From Flavobacteriaceae bacterium (GTDB lineage: Bacteria > Bacteroidota > Bacteroidia > Flavobacteriales > Flavobacteriaceae), in the NCBI GenBank assembly GCA_947461795.1, contig CANHMG010000001.1, positions 2,831 to 66,830 on the forward strand: a DNA stretch of 64,000 bases, given 5' to 3'. Below are positions 38,601-48,474 of the stretch, piece after piece. Within the stretch, counting starts at the first letter, position 1. Every line of letters begins with the position of its first letter. The notes under the pieces were generated by a model. It was not told where the DNA came from. It was given only the letters and a program-made list of their open reading frames with translations, and did not search any database. The position numbers and the translations under genes were made by a program.

Positions 38601-40693
38601 ATTGTTTGACTTACATAATAAATAATTGTTCCGTTAACAGCAGTTGATGGTGTCGGAGCAGTTGCTGATGGAGTTCCACCTGCAGCATTAGTACCATACC
38701 AATTCAAAGTAGCTCCGGATAATGCTGTTGCAGTCAATGGCAAAGCAACACTTCCTTGGCAATAATAAATGGGAGAAGTTGCAGTTGGCGCAGCAACAGA
38801 TCCTGCAGGAGTTAAAGCAACTGTGACTGGTCTTATAATTGAACATGTCCCTAAAGTTGCTTTTATATAATATGTTCCGCTTGTTCCAATTACTGCGGCG
38901 GCTGCCAAACTAATTGGAGATGTTGTTGCAGCTGCATCATTCCAATAGGTTAAAGTAAGTCCCGCGGTACTACCAACAGTGACAGATGGCGCAGTGATAT
39001 CAACGGTTCCTGGAAGGCAAACTGCTGAAGGATTTGTAATAATAAGGTTAACAGTATTTGTAACTGTAATTGTAACTGATTTTGGAGGAAGAGCACAAGT
39101 ATTCACTCTTGAAAAAACGAGGTCATCTATTGCAAAATCATTTCCAGATGAAGCAATATTTCTATTGTAAATACAAATTTGAGCTGTTGTATTGGCATTT
39201 GAAGCCCATGCATAACTTCTTAAAATCCATGGGGTTGCTACGGAAGAACACAATACGTTGGGTGCTAAATCAGAACCTATAGAAACTCCATTAATTAATA
39301 CATCTATATTTGCTGGACTAGGCAATGCAAGTGTTTGTATCCAATAAGTGAAAGTATAATTTTGACCTGGAGTTACTGGAATTGTCTGACACCAAACTTT
39401 ATCATTTCCTCCATTGGAAGTAGAACCATCAATCACCATCATTTTTCCACTACCACTGGTATGATCTATACAATTTTGAAAGCCTACTTCCCATGAATTT
39501 GGATTCGAAACGACTCCATATGCCTTTTGAGAATTTGTTGTATTACTTGCGTAATAAGTATAATCACTTGTAAATCCAAGATTACCTAGGAAAAAATCAC
39601 CGTTGTATATTAAATTATTTGAAGTTACTGTTGTTGAATTAACAGTATAAGTTGTCGTTATCAATGGACTTACAGTAGGATTTGCTCCTGTAGGTATCGG
39701 TTCTGATGCTTGATCAACAGACCATGTATAAGTTGTTCCGCCTCCGCTTGCCGTTAATGTTGTAGAAGATCCTGCACATATTGTAGGACTTGCAGCTATT
39801 AGCGATAAAACAGGAGGATTTGGAATTATAATTCCATTTAACGGAAATGTAGTTCCAGCACTATCAGTAACAGACAAAGAATAATTACCAGGAGCTAAAC
39901 CAGTAAAAAAACCTGTTGTACTATTTATTGCAGGAATAGGACCTGATAAAGTATAATTGGTGTAGGTACCACTTCCTCCAATTCCATATCCGAAAATAGA
40001 GCCGTCATTGGCATTATTACATGTTAGATTTGTTATGGAATAGGTTAAATTTAGACCGGTAAAAGTTGGGATCAAAGAAAAATCATCTACAGCGAAATCA
40101 TTTCCTTGAAATGAAGTTTTAAAATCAAATAGTTCAATATATACGCATGTTTGTGTCGCATTAAAAGTATATTCAACTTGTTGCCAGCCAGCAGCAGGTA
40201 AAGGTGCAAAACGAGAACCAATTGTACGAACAATATTAGATGCATTAGTTATAATAACACCTATTTCAGCACTAGTCGCTATATCTATAACAGTATTTGA
40301 AACAGATCTAATCCAATAACTAAACTTATATTCATTTCCAACAGTTAAACCACATGCTCCGTTTCCGTTAGTCCCACATCTCCAAAAACGTTGTTGACCT
40401 CCAGTGGAAGTACCGTCAATTACCATCATATTCCCAACCCCAGAAGTATGATCACCACTTGCTATAAAAAAAGAATTCATAGGTTGTGGATTCGTTGTAA
40501 ATGCATAATCTCCTTGTACAGTATTACCTGAAAATGGAGGGGTTAATTCGTTATATCCATTTGTTCCAACAGCAAATCCAACACCGTTACCACCACTCTC
40601 AAAATCTCCATTCACAAGTAAATTTTGTGATGAAAGGTTTAAATTAAAAAATATAATTATGATAATATTTAACGATTTAATTATTTTTTGCAT
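35609..40693 (-). CDS. Large secreted adhesin-like protein with type B T9SS sorting domain
   Basis: Signal peptide; two CBM-like NGDF...GNDFA(V/I)DD domains; SprB-like, Ig-like and short Cys/Pro repeats; CTD YPKFFTPNND...HFALKR. Confidence 0.88.
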   Translation of the reverse strand: MQKIIKSLNIIIIIFFNLNLSSQNLLVNGDFESGGNGVGFAVGTNGYNELTPPFSGNTVQGDYAFTTNPQPMNSFFIASGDHTSGVGNMMVIDGTSTGGQQRFWRCGTNGNGACGLTVGNEYKFSYWIRSVSNTVIDIATSAEIGVIITNASNIVRTIGSRFAPLPAAGWQQVEYTFNATQTCVYIELFDFKTSFQGNDFAVDDFSLIPTFTGLNLTYSITNLTCNNANDGSIFGYGIGGSGTYTNYTLSGPIPAINSTTGFFTGLAPGNYSLSVTDSAGTTFPLNGIIIPNPPVLSLIAASPTICAGSSTTLTASGGGTTYTWSVDQASEPIPTGANPTVSPLITTTYTVNSTTVTSNNLIYNGDFFLGNLGFTSDYTYYASNTTNSQKAYGVVSNPNSWEVGFQNCIDHTSGSGKMMVIDGSTSNGGNDKVWCQTIPVTPGQNYTFTYWIQTLALPSPANIDVLINGVSIGSDLAPNVLCSSVATPWILRSYAWASNANTTAQICIYNRNIASSGNDFAIDDLVFSRVNTCALPPKSVTITVTNTVNLIITNPSAVCLPGTVDITAPSVTVGSTAGLTLTYWNDAAATTSPISLAAAAVIGTSGTYYIKATLGTCSIIRPVTVALTPAGSVAAPTATSPIYYCQGSVALPLTATALSGATLNWYGTNAAGGTPSATAPTPSTAVNGTIIYYVSQTIGTCESPRKAINVIVNSSTGIINMFCDGANSTPTSVAFDWNNVTGHQEYYLTYSINGGPLVNAVSNNLSSFVVPGVLPGQSVTLTITSVLGVPCVAPVTNTCSNCTTSTTPTFTFPTSICSNLAAPILPTASTNGVTGTWSPLIVSTTTSGNYAFTPDPILFPCATAVTKTITVTNPPTTVLAGINVCVGSTTTFTSSTPGGTWSSANTAIATVNPTTGLITGIISGTVSIDYTFPAAGGCAAVVFSRPLTVTNPPTAGILNGNQTICVGDTSTFASTIAGGSWISSNIAIATINPTTGVITGVSSGTATITYTVNGTGGCSPATISRTVTVSSIPNAGVLSGTQAICIGLSSTLSSTIPGGTWSSSNSSIATIANTGVVIGVAAGTATMSYIVNGNGGCPASLPATIIITVSAPQNPGILSGNQSICVGSTSIFSSSVIGGVWSSSNTSVASVNALTGVITGISAGTSDIKYTFVGVGGCASTNAIRTITVNANVTPTFNAVLPICSGNPLTPLPLTSTNGISGTWNPALDNTLTTPYTFTPTLGQCATTTQLTINVDQRVTPLFGLPFNVCQGDTPPVLQTSSNNVPPITGTWSPAPVNTATLGTTIYTFNPTAGQCVSTILTTLSITVVPVLTPDFLAIPNICDGNPAPVLSNISPNLITGIWIPSSINNTISSSYVFYSTPGQCALNQTLNVTITPRTIPNFAALQPFCKGSTPPVLNLTSINGITGTWLPPTVDNSTSGDNIEYLFTPDGTECATPYTLYVDVTEPEFPGFPDLAFCNGAIVPPLPSISPNGYNGTWNPSTIDNTLTHDYVFTPLLGECAIPQTLTVTINQYTLVGIGGIVTNYFEDNQVITVLATAAGNYLYQLDYGTLQESNVFQYVDSGIHVIRVVDANGCSSPLSQEVLVINYPKFFTPNNDSYNDTWNIFGLADQVNSKIFIFDRLGKLLKELSPNGKGWDGTYNGQQLPADDYWFLVKYSENGASNEFKAHFALKR

Positions 40694-40793
40694 TTTTATT
40701 AGGTTTATTTTGCATATAAAATTAGTGGCACAAGGTAATGATTATTGCCAAAAAAATAAAATTTATAATCTATATATTTGAATGCATATAATG

Positions 40794-40824
40794 AAAAAAG
40801 AGCTCTAATTATAGAACTCTTTTT
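40794..40824 (-). terminator. Intrinsic terminator of the E1 dehydrogenase gene
   Basis: Minus strand GAGTTCTA-TAAT-TAGAGCTC followed by a T tract. Confidence 0.7.
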
Positions 40825-40844
40825 AAATAAATAATGTATACTTT

Positions 40845-42827
40845 TTAGTATTTGAGTAATTTCAGTAAAGCTACTTCAAAACGTTCTTTGGGAAGATATT
40901 GATCTTCTAAAGCACGTGTAAAAGGAATTGGACTATCTAGACTTGCTACTCGTTTTACTGGGCCGTCAAGATATTCAAAACAATCTTCCATGATCATAGC
41001 AGAAATATCGCTTGCAATCCCTCCAAACATGCTATCTTCTTGAAGAATAATAGCTTTGTTAGTTTTTTGAACAGAAGCATAAATTGTTTCTTTATCTAAG
41101 GGTTGCAATGTTCTTAAATCAATTAAATCAGCTGATATATCAGGATTTTTTTCTAATGTTTCTAAAGCCCAATGTACAGCAGCTCCAAAAGCAATAATTG
41201 TGATGTCTTTTCCTACTTTTAATAAAGCAGCTTTCCCAAAAGGCAACGTATAATAATCCTTAGGAACTTCTTGATAAACACTACGATACAATTGTTTGTG
41301 TTCGAAAAACAATACTGGATTTGGATCATTAATAGCAGTTGCTAATAATCCTTTAGCATCGTAGGGAAATGCAGGATAAACAACTTTCAATCCAGGCGTT
41401 TTAGTAAACCACGCTTCATTGGTCTGTGAATGAAATGGTCCAGCTTGAGTTCCACCACCACAAGGCATTCGTATTACAACATCGGCTTTTTCTTGCCAAC
41501 GATAATGCACTTTAGCCAAGTAGTTCACAATCGGATTGAAACCTGTTGAAACAAAATCTGCAAATTGCATTTCAACAATAGCTTTGTAGCCATTAATAGA
41601 CAACCCCATTCCAGCTGAAACTACAGCACTTTCACAAATTGGTGTATTGATTACTCTTTCTTTTCCGAATTGTTCAACAAAACCGTCTGTAATTTTAAAA
41701 GCGCCACCATATTCTGCAATGTCTTGCCCCATAATCACCGAAGCATCATGACGTTCCATAGATTGTTTTAATCCTTGTGAAATAGCATCAATTAAACGAA
41801 CATATTCCACTTCTTCTGAAGGTGTAACTTCTTCAAAATCATAAGGTTTATAAACATCATTTAATTCCTCGTTATAATCTGCTTCAATTTCTTCCTCTGC
41901 ATTTGCAATCACCAAATGATCGTCTATTTCTTTTTTTATTTCTTCTCTCCAAGTTTCATCTTGATGCGTTGAAAGTATGTTTTGTTTAATTAAATAACGT
42001 CTGTAAGTATCAACCGGATCTTTCTCAGCCCACAAATCCATCAATTCTTGAGGAACGTATTTCGTTCCACTCGCCTCTTCATGTCCACGCATTCGGAAAG
42101 TTTTAAATTCTAATAAAACTGGACGTGGGTTAATACGCATTGATTCTACTATTTCAGAAAGTTCAATAAATACTTCTAAAATATTATTTCCATCTATAAT
42201 ATGGCTTTCCATTCCATATCCAATTCCTTTGTCTGCAAGGTTTTCACAACGGTATTGTTCATTGGTTGGAGTCGATAATCCATATCCATTATTTTCTATT
42301 ACGAATAAAACAGGCAAATCCCAAACAGAAGCAATATTCAAAGCTTCATGAAAATCACCCTCACTAGTAGCTCCTTCTCCCGTAAAAACTGCGGTAACTT
42401 TACCGTTCTTTTTGAGTTTGTTGGCTAAGGCAATTCCATCGGCCACTCCTAATTGAGGTCCCAAATGAGAAATCATTCCTATAATCTTGTACTCTTGCGT
42501 TCCAAAGTGAAAACTTCGATCTCTTCCTTTAGTAAAGCCACTTGCTTTTCCTTGCCACTGAGAAAAAAGTCGATATAATGGAATATCTCTTCCAGTAAAA
42601 ACACCTAAATTGCGGTGCATTGGTAAAATATATTCGTCCTTATCTAACACTGCAGTAATTCCAACGGAGATTGCTTCTTGTCCAATACCTGAAAACCATT
42701 TAGATACTTTTCCTTGACGAATAAGTATCAACATTTTTTCTTCTATAAGTCTTGGTTTTAAAAGTCTTTTGTATAAATCTAATAATTGTTCGTCGGTAAG
42801 CTGTCTTCTTTCAAAATTCATTGTCAA
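40845..42827 (-). CDS. 2-oxoacid (probably branched-chain) dehydrogenase E1, alpha/beta fusion
   Basis: TPP motif GEGATSEGDFHE...ENN, RMRGHEE, NTPICE, GPFHSQ. Confidence 0.9.
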   Translation of the reverse strand: MTMNFERRQLTDEQLLDLYKRLLKPRLIEEKMLILIRQGKVSKWFSGIGQEAISVGITAVLDKDEYILPMHRNLGVFTGRDIPLYRLFSQWQGKASGFTKGRDRSFHFGTQEYKIIGMISHLGPQLGVADGIALANKLKKNGKVTAVFTGEGATSEGDFHEALNIASVWDLPVLFVIENNGYGLSTPTNEQYRCENLADKGIGYGMESHIIDGNNILEVFIELSEIVESMRINPRPVLLEFKTFRMRGHEEASGTKYVPQELMDLWAEKDPVDTYRRYLIKQNILSTHQDETWREEIKKEIDDHLVIANAEEEIEADYNEELNDVYKPYDFEEVTPSEEVEYVRLIDAISQGLKQSMERHDASVIMGQDIAEYGGAFKITDGFVEQFGKERVINTPICESAVVSAGMGLSINGYKAIVEMQFADFVSTGFNPIVNYLAKVHYRWQEKADVVIRMPCGGGTQAGPFHSQTNEAWFTKTPGLKVVYPAFPYDAKGLLATAINDPNPVLFFEHKQLYRSVYQEVPKDYYTLPFGKAALLKVGKDITIIAFGAAVHWALETLEKNPDISADLIDLRTLQPLDKETIYASVQKTNKAIILQEDSMFGGIASDISAMIMEDCFEYLDGPVKRVASLDSPIPFTRALEDQYLPKERFEVALLKLLKY

Positions 42828-42945
42828 TATTGTATCGGTTTGTATAAACTTCCCAAAAGTATAAAAAAATAACAGGATGTACTTGAAATGCTTTTTTTTT
42901 TTGAATTGTTGATAACTTTTAAAATTCAGTTCTAATTTTATTATT

Positions 42946-42953
42946 TACATTTG
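42946..42953 (+). promoter_or_regulatory. -7 promoter element
   Basis: TACATTTG about 50 bp upstream of the ATG at 43003. Confidence 0.5.
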
Positions 42954-43002
42954 TATTAATAAGGGTTGACAAACTTTTAGTTATTAACAAAAATATTTTA
43001 GT

Positions 43003-43953
43003 ATGCAAAATATCCCTAGTGTGGATTTGCGTGATTTCCTTTCGGATGACCCGAAACGTAAACAAAAATTTGTAAATGAAATCGGTAGTGCTTTTGAAAA
43101 CATTGGATTTGTAGCACTTAAAGGTCATTTCCTTGATGACCAATTAGTAGAGGAGTTGTATGGAGAAATTAGAAATTTCTTTTCACTTCCATTAGAAACT
43201 AAATATAAATATGAAATTGCAGGTATTGGCGGACAAAGAGGTTATGTCTCTTTTGGTAAAGAACATGCAAAAGGCAGAAAAGAAGGTGATTTAAAAGAGT
43301 TTTGGCACTTTGGTCAATACGTTGATAAAAACTCAAAATATGCTTCTGTATATCCTAATAATGTTGAAGTTGTAGAATTACCACAATTTAATGATGCCGG
43401 AAAAGAAGCCTTTCAAATGCTTGAAAAAACCGGTATTTATGTATTGCGTGCATTAGCTTTGTTTCTTAGTTTAGATGAATTTTATTTTGATCAATATGGA
43501 TACGAAGGTAATTCAATTCTACGACCAATACATTATCCTCCCATAACTTCCGAACCTGAAAATGCAATACGCGCTGCTGCTCATGGGGATATCAATTTGA
43601 TTACTTTATTAATGGGCGCTCAAGGAAAAGGATTGCAAGTGCAAAATCATGATGGAGAGTGGATAGATGCCATGGCACAACCAGATGAATTGGTTATCAA
43701 TGTTGGCGATATGTTATCTCGTCACACCAATAATAAATTAAAATCAACCATTCATCAAGTGGTAAATCCACCGAGAGAATTGTGGGGAACATCAAGATAT
43801 TCAATTCCCTTTTTTATGCATCCAGTAAGTGATATGCGATTGGATTGTTTGGATAATTGTGTTGATACTGAAAATCCAAAATTATTTGAAGATATTTCTG
43901 CTGGGGAATTCTTAATAGAAAGACTAGTTGAATTAGGATTGGTTAAAAAATAA
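43003..43953 (+). CDS. 2OG-Fe(II) oxygenase, isopenicillin N synthase family
   Basis: HGD...H iron triad, RYS 2OG-binding motif. Confidence 0.9.
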   Translation: MQNIPSVDLRDFLSDDPKRKQKFVNEIGSAFENIGFVALKGHFLDDQLVEELYGEIRNFFSLPLETKYKYEIAGIGGQRGYVSFGKEHAKGRKEGDLKEFWHFGQYVDKNSKYASVYPNNVEVVELPQFNDAGKEAFQMLEKTGIYVLRALALFLSLDEFYFDQYGYEGNSILRPIHYPPITSEPENAIRAAAHGDINLITLLMGAQGKGLQVQNHDGEWIDAMAQPDELVINVGDMLSRHTNNKLKSTIHQVVNPPRELWGTSRYSIPFFMHPVSDMRLDCLDNCVDTENPKLFEDISAGEFLIERLVELGLVKK

Positions 43954-44028
43954 ATTATTAATTCATTTGTAATAAAGTACGGATTGTTGAAATTCGTACT
44001 TTATTATTTTTACACGATTTCCTTTAAA

Positions 44029-44358
44029 ATGGATTTACAAGAGCAATTAAAAAAACTTTTTCCAGATCACCAAGAATCGATCTTACCCGAACCAATTCTA
44101 GAAACTAAAGAATTATGGGTTCAAACCGAACCTATGATTTGTAAATTTGAAAAAAGAAAAGGAAAACCTACTACGATAATCGAAGGATACACAGGTTCTG
44201 ATGAAGATTTTAAAATTCTAGCTAAAGAACTCAAATCCAAACTCAGTGTAGGCGGTACTTTCAAAGACGATGCTATCATCATTCAAGGGGATTATCGGGA
44301 CAAAATAATGGAAATGCTAAAAAATAAAGGTTTCAAAGTTAAACGTGTAGGCGGTTAA
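44029..44358 (+). CDS. Translation initiation factor SUI1/YciH family
   Basis: RKGKPTTIIEG, LKSKLSVGGT, IIIQGD; probable start MDLQEQ. Confidence 0.85.
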   Translation: MDLQEQLKKLFPDHQESILPEPILETKELWVQTEPMICKFEKRKGKPTTIIEGYTGSDEDFKILAKELKSKLSVGGTFKDDAIIIQGDYRDKIMEMLKNKGFKVKRVGG

Positions 44359-44426
44359 TCAATATAAAATGAAAAGATAACAATTAAAAAATAGAGTGTT
44401 CACAAACATTTCTTAATTCAAAAAAC

Positions 44427-45296
44427 ATGATACAATCTTCAGAATTAATACTCAATCCAGACGGTAGCATCTACCACTTAAATCTCAAACCAGAAAATAT
44501 TGCTAACAATATTATCTTTGTTGGAGATCAAAATCGTGTAGAAAAAATCACTAAATTCTTCGACAACATCGAATTTTCTACACAAAAAAGAGAATTCAAA
44601 ACGCAGACGGGTACTTATAAAGGAAAACGAATTACTGTAATGTCTACAGGCATTGGTCCTGACAACATCGACATCGTTATGAACGAACTCGATGCTCTGG
44701 TTAATATCGATTTAACAACAAGACAACCCAAAGAAAACCTAACGTCACTCAATATTATCCGAATCGGAACTTCGGGTTCTCTTCAAGCAGATATTCCTGT
44801 TGATAGTTTTGTAATGGGTAAATTCGGTTTGGGTTTAGACAATATGCTTCGCTCCTATCTCATCGATGCTATTACGAATGCTACAATTGAAGACGCATTT
44901 ATTGCTCATACCAATTGGGATATGAAAAAAGGAAAACCTTACGTGGTTGCTTGCAGTGAAAAATTGGAAAAAGTTTTCGAAAGTAACCAAATTTTTAAAG
45001 GAATTACAGCAACTGCAGGTGGTTTTTATGGGCCACAAGGTCGAGTGCTACGCCTTAACATTCAAGATGAAGAACTCAATGATAAGATGGATAATTTCAA
45101 AATTGACGATACAAGAATCACAAATTTTGAAATGGAAACTTCCGCAATCTATGGCCTTGGGCAACTTCTAGGGCATCATTGCCTGTCTTTAAATGCCATT
45201 ATTGCCAATCGAGCTACCAAAACTTTTAGCGAAGATCCGTATAAAGCCGTAGATGCATTGATCGCTTATTCTTTAGATAAATTAGCGAATTCTTAG
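44427..45296 (+). CDS. Nucleoside (uridine) phosphorylase family
   Basis: DGSIYHL, STGIG, IRIGTSG, FYGPQGR, NFEMET. Confidence 0.88.
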   Translation: MIQSSELILNPDGSIYHLNLKPENIANNIIFVGDQNRVEKITKFFDNIEFSTQKREFKTQTGTYKGKRITVMSTGIGPDNIDIVMNELDALVNIDLTTRQPKENLTSLNIIRIGTSGSLQADIPVDSFVMGKFGLGLDNMLRSYLIDAITNATIEDAFIAHTNWDMKKGKPYVVACSEKLEKVFESNQIFKGITATAGGFYGPQGRVLRLNIQDEELNDKMDNFKIDDTRITNFEMETSAIYGLGQLLGHHCLSLNAIIANRATKTFSEDPYKAVDALIAYSLDKLANS

Positions 45297-45409
45297 GAGC
45301 TTTATCCCGCTATCATTCCAATCTTTTTTGTTGCTTTAGGTGACTTACTCAATAATGGGAATTATCCCAAAGCAACAAAAAAGGATTTTCCCTTCTATCG
45401 GGGCTAGGG
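45294..45409 (-). repeat. Structured intergenic repeat copy C (Flavo-1-like) with a long inner stem
   Basis: Reverse complement CCCTAGCCCCGATAGAAGGG..ATCCTTTTTTGTTGCTTT...AAAGCAACAAAAAAGATTGGAATGATAGCGGGATAAAGCTCCTA; includes the phosphorylase stop TAG. Confidence 0.8.
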
Positions 45410-45444
45410 TTTTCCTTCCATTTGAATATATTAATATTTGAAAT

Positions 45445-45978
45445 ATGCTTTTTAATATAGAAACAGAACGTTTAATCCTTAGACCATTTCTTGCGTCAGA
45501 TAATGAAGCTATGTTTGCCATGGACTCGAATCCGAATGTGCATCGATATCTCGGAAATGAACCAATAACCACAATCGAACAATGTGATCAATACATCAAA
45601 GCCATTCAAAAGCAATATCAACAAAATGGTATTGGTCGTTTTGTAGTTCAAATTAAAGATACTCAAGAAATCATCGGTTGGGCTGGACTAAAATTCATCA
45701 CTGAACCTGAAAATAATCACGTTAACTTTTACGATATTGGCTATCGCTTGTCGGAAGCGTATTGGGGAAAAGGATATGGATATGAAGTTGCAAAAGCATG
45801 GTTAGATTATGCATTTAATGAAATGAAAATTTCAGCAGTCTATGCAATTGCCCATAATGAGAATATAGGCTCTAATAAAATTTTACAAAAAATTGGCATG
45901 CAACAAAATGGACAATACCTACATGATGATATAAAATGTAATTGGTATGAACTCCAAAATAAAAACATAACTTTATAA
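45445..45978 (+). CDS. GNAT N-acetyltransferase (RimJ/RimL family)
   Basis: IETERLILR, DIGYRL...WGKGYG.E, N..S.KIL.KIG. Confidence 0.88.
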   Translation: MLFNIETERLILRPFLASDNEAMFAMDSNPNVHRYLGNEPITTIEQCDQYIKAIQKQYQQNGIGRFVVQIKDTQEIIGWAGLKFITEPENNHVNFYDIGYRLSEAYWGKGYGYEVAKAWLDYAFNEMKISAVYAIAHNENIGSNKILQKIGMQQNGQYLHDDIKCNWYELQNKNITL

Positions 45979-46016
45979 CTTTACGTTCAGCACCTTTGCG
46001 TTCAAATATTAAAGCA

Positions 46017-46868
46017 ATGACAACACTAAAAATAGCCGGAGTTCCAGAACATTTCAATTTGCCCTGGCATTTATGTATCGATCATGGTGAATTTGAAACT
46101 GCCAATATCGATTTGCAATGGACAGACATTCCTGAAGGAACTGGGAAGTTATGTCAATTACTACGTTCGGGGGAAATAGATATTGCGGTAATTTTAACAG
46201 AAGGAATTGTCAAAGATATCCTGGCAGGAAATTCTTCAAAAATTGTTCAAGTCTATGTGGAATCGCCTTTGTTATGGGGAATTCATGTAGCTAAAAATTC
46301 GAGTTACAAATCAGTTTCTGATTTAAAACATACCAAAGTTGCTATTTCACGACTTGGTTCTGGCTCACAACTCATGGCATATGTCAATGCACACCAACAA
46401 GGCTGGAAAACCGATAGTTTAGAATTTGAAATCGTAAATACTATCGATGGAGCTGTCGAATCCTTAACTCAAGGGAATTCCGATTATTTTATGTGGGAAC
46501 ATTTTATGACCAAACCATTAGTAGATGAAGGAATCTTCCGAAGACTTGGCGATTGTCCAACACCTTGGCCCTGTTTTGTGATTGCAGTTCGAGAGGAAAT
46601 ACTTGAGAAACACCCGAAAGAAATTGCAAAAATTCTTCAAATTATCAATCAAACAACTTCAGAATTTAAAGAAATTCCCAATATTGATATAACTTTAGCT
46701 TCAAAATACAATCTCAAATTAAAAGACATTCAAGAATGGTTGTCTCTTACGCATTGGTCTCAAAATCAACTTACAGAAGAAGTGTTAAACAAGGTGCAAA
46801 ATCAACTTTTAGAACTCAGTCTTATCAATAAAAAAGGTACTTTTGCTGAAATTGTTAGAACGCTATAG
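46017..46868 (+). CDS. Stand-alone class II substrate-binding-domain protein (NMT1/THI5-like)
   Basis: IAGVPEHFNLPW, GTG, SRLGSGS, FMWEHF, TPWPCF. Confidence 0.75.
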   Translation: MTTLKIAGVPEHFNLPWHLCIDHGEFETANIDLQWTDIPEGTGKLCQLLRSGEIDIAVILTEGIVKDILAGNSSKIVQVYVESPLLWGIHVAKNSSYKSVSDLKHTKVAISRLGSGSQLMAYVNAHQQGWKTDSLEFEIVNTIDGAVESLTQGNSDYFMWEHFMTKPLVDEGIFRRLGDCPTPWPCFVIAVREEILEKHPKEIAKILQIINQTTSEFKEIPNIDITLASKYNLKLKDIQEWLSLTHWSQNQLTEEVLNKVQNQLLELSLINKKGTFAEIVRTL

Positions 46869-46888
46869 TTTGACTTTTTTAGGCTGTC

Positions 46889-47821
46889 ATGATACGAAAT
46901 ACCATTTATTCTATTCAAAAGATAAAGCAAAAACTACAGGTTAAAAAACCTTGGGATACCGTTATTATTTTTGCCTTGAATATCTTGATTGCCATTCCAA
47001 TATTTATTATTATTCATCAAAATATAGTCGATCCGAATTGGTATTTTCAATTAGATCGAATTCTTTTATTTATAGTTATTCTTGCCGTTATTCAATTGGT
47101 TTTAAGATTGATGCGTACCATCATAATTGTGTGTATTGGTTTGTATTGTATTGCATTAATATATGGGAGTTTTTCAGGGAAATATGGATTTACAAGTGTC
47201 ATTGAAGACTATCGTTATATGATTTATGCTATGAATGATAACCCAAATCCACAAGATGTTATCATTTCAAAACTGCTACCTTTTCCCAATAAATCAAGGA
47301 TTATTGAAGCGATAGAATTTGAAAATCCACGAGTTCGAGATTTTGCTTTAATGGCCACTACAAAAGATTTTAAAGACGTTCGAGGGTATTCTAATTATCG
47401 CACTATCATTCAATGTTTTGCTGTTTTTAAAGAAATAAATTCTCGATGGAATTACGTAAGCGATCCAAAAGGGAAAGATTATATAGCAAAAGCAACGGAA
47501 TCATTACGCTATTTTTCTGGAGATTGCGACGATCATTCCATTCTTATGGCAGCTTGTATAAAGTCGATAGGTGGAACACCAAGATTAATTCATACAGGTG
47601 GACATATTTATCCAGAAATATTAATTGGCAAAAAAGCAGATTTGGAAATTATTAACTTTCTAATTAAAAAAGTGTTGTTTGTTTCTGAAAGTAAAGGAAA
47701 CAGTATACATTATCATATCGATGAACGTGGACAAATTTGGCTCAATCTTGATTATACTGCTACCTATCCAGGTGGCCCATTTATGTCGGAAGAAATTTTG
47801 GGAGCTTTAACTTTTAACTGA
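46889..47821 (+). CDS. Membrane-anchored transglutaminase-like protein
   Basis: Three N-terminal TM helices; GDCDDH, GHIYPE and NLD (Cys-His-Asp). Confidence 0.8.
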   Translation: MIRNTIYSIQKIKQKLQVKKPWDTVIIFALNILIAIPIFIIIHQNIVDPNWYFQLDRILLFIVILAVIQLVLRLMRTIIIVCIGLYCIALIYGSFSGKYGFTSVIEDYRYMIYAMNDNPNPQDVIISKLLPFPNKSRIIEAIEFENPRVRDFALMATTKDFKDVRGYSNYRTIIQCFAVFKEINSRWNYVSDPKGKDYIAKATESLRYFSGDCDDHSILMAACIKSIGGTPRLIHTGGHIYPEILIGKKADLEIINFLIKKVLFVSESKGNSIHYHIDERGQIWLNLDYTATYPGGPFMSEEILGALTFN

Positions 47822-47889
47822 TTTGTTTTAAGTCCAATGAAATTCAATTCCTTTTTATATCTTAGCTCGATTATTTTATACTCATTAAT

Positions 47890-48465
47890 ATGAAGAAACT
47901 AATTCTACTATTTCTATTAGGTTTTCAATTTATTCAAGCTCAAGACACGATACCTAAAAAGGAATTGTATCTAAAAAGAAATGAATTTAGAGTTGATGTT
48001 TTATCCACTGCAATGTCTAGATTCAATTTGACGTATGAACGATTTTTAAATAAAAACTATTCCATTGGTTTAAGTGGCGTTTTTTCCAATAGCAAGAAAG
48101 TACAAGATGACTTTAATAAAGGTAACATCAATACTTTTTCAAAATACGAATTCATTCCTTTTATCCGATATAACCTTTCACAAGGTCAACGCAGTTTTTA
48201 CTTTGCTGAAATCTTTGCGGATTTTAATGGTGGTGATTTTAGAGAGATTGTTCTTTTGACAGATGCAGCAAATTCTAATTATTATGCAATTCAAAAATCA
48301 AGCTATAATGATTTAGGATTAGGGGCAGCTGTTGGGTATAAATATTATATCAAAGATCAATTCGGAATTGAGGTTTTAGTAGGATTTGGTTCGAATCTTT
48401 TTAACAAAGATAAAAGCCCGGATATCTTATCTAGAGTTGGTTTAGGGGTTAGTTATAGATTTTAA
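47890..48465 (+). CDS. Outer-membrane beta-barrel protein (DUF3575-like)
   Basis: Signal peptide, amphipathic strands, C-terminal GVSYRF. Confidence 0.7.
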   Translation: MKKLILLFLLGFQFIQAQDTIPKKELYLKRNEFRVDVLSTAMSRFNLTYERFLNKNYSIGLSGVFSNSKKVQDDFNKGNINTFSKYEFIPFIRYNLSQGQRSFYFAEIFADFNGGDFREIVLLTDAANSNYYAIQKSSYNDLGLGAAVGYKYYIKDQFGIEVLVGFGSNLFNKDKSPDILSRVGLGVSYRF

Positions 48466-48474
48466 CAAAAAAGT

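Noticed and set aside
45345-45572. 75-aa minus-strand ORF
   Set aside because: Overlaps the GNAT gene antisense and runs into repeat copy C
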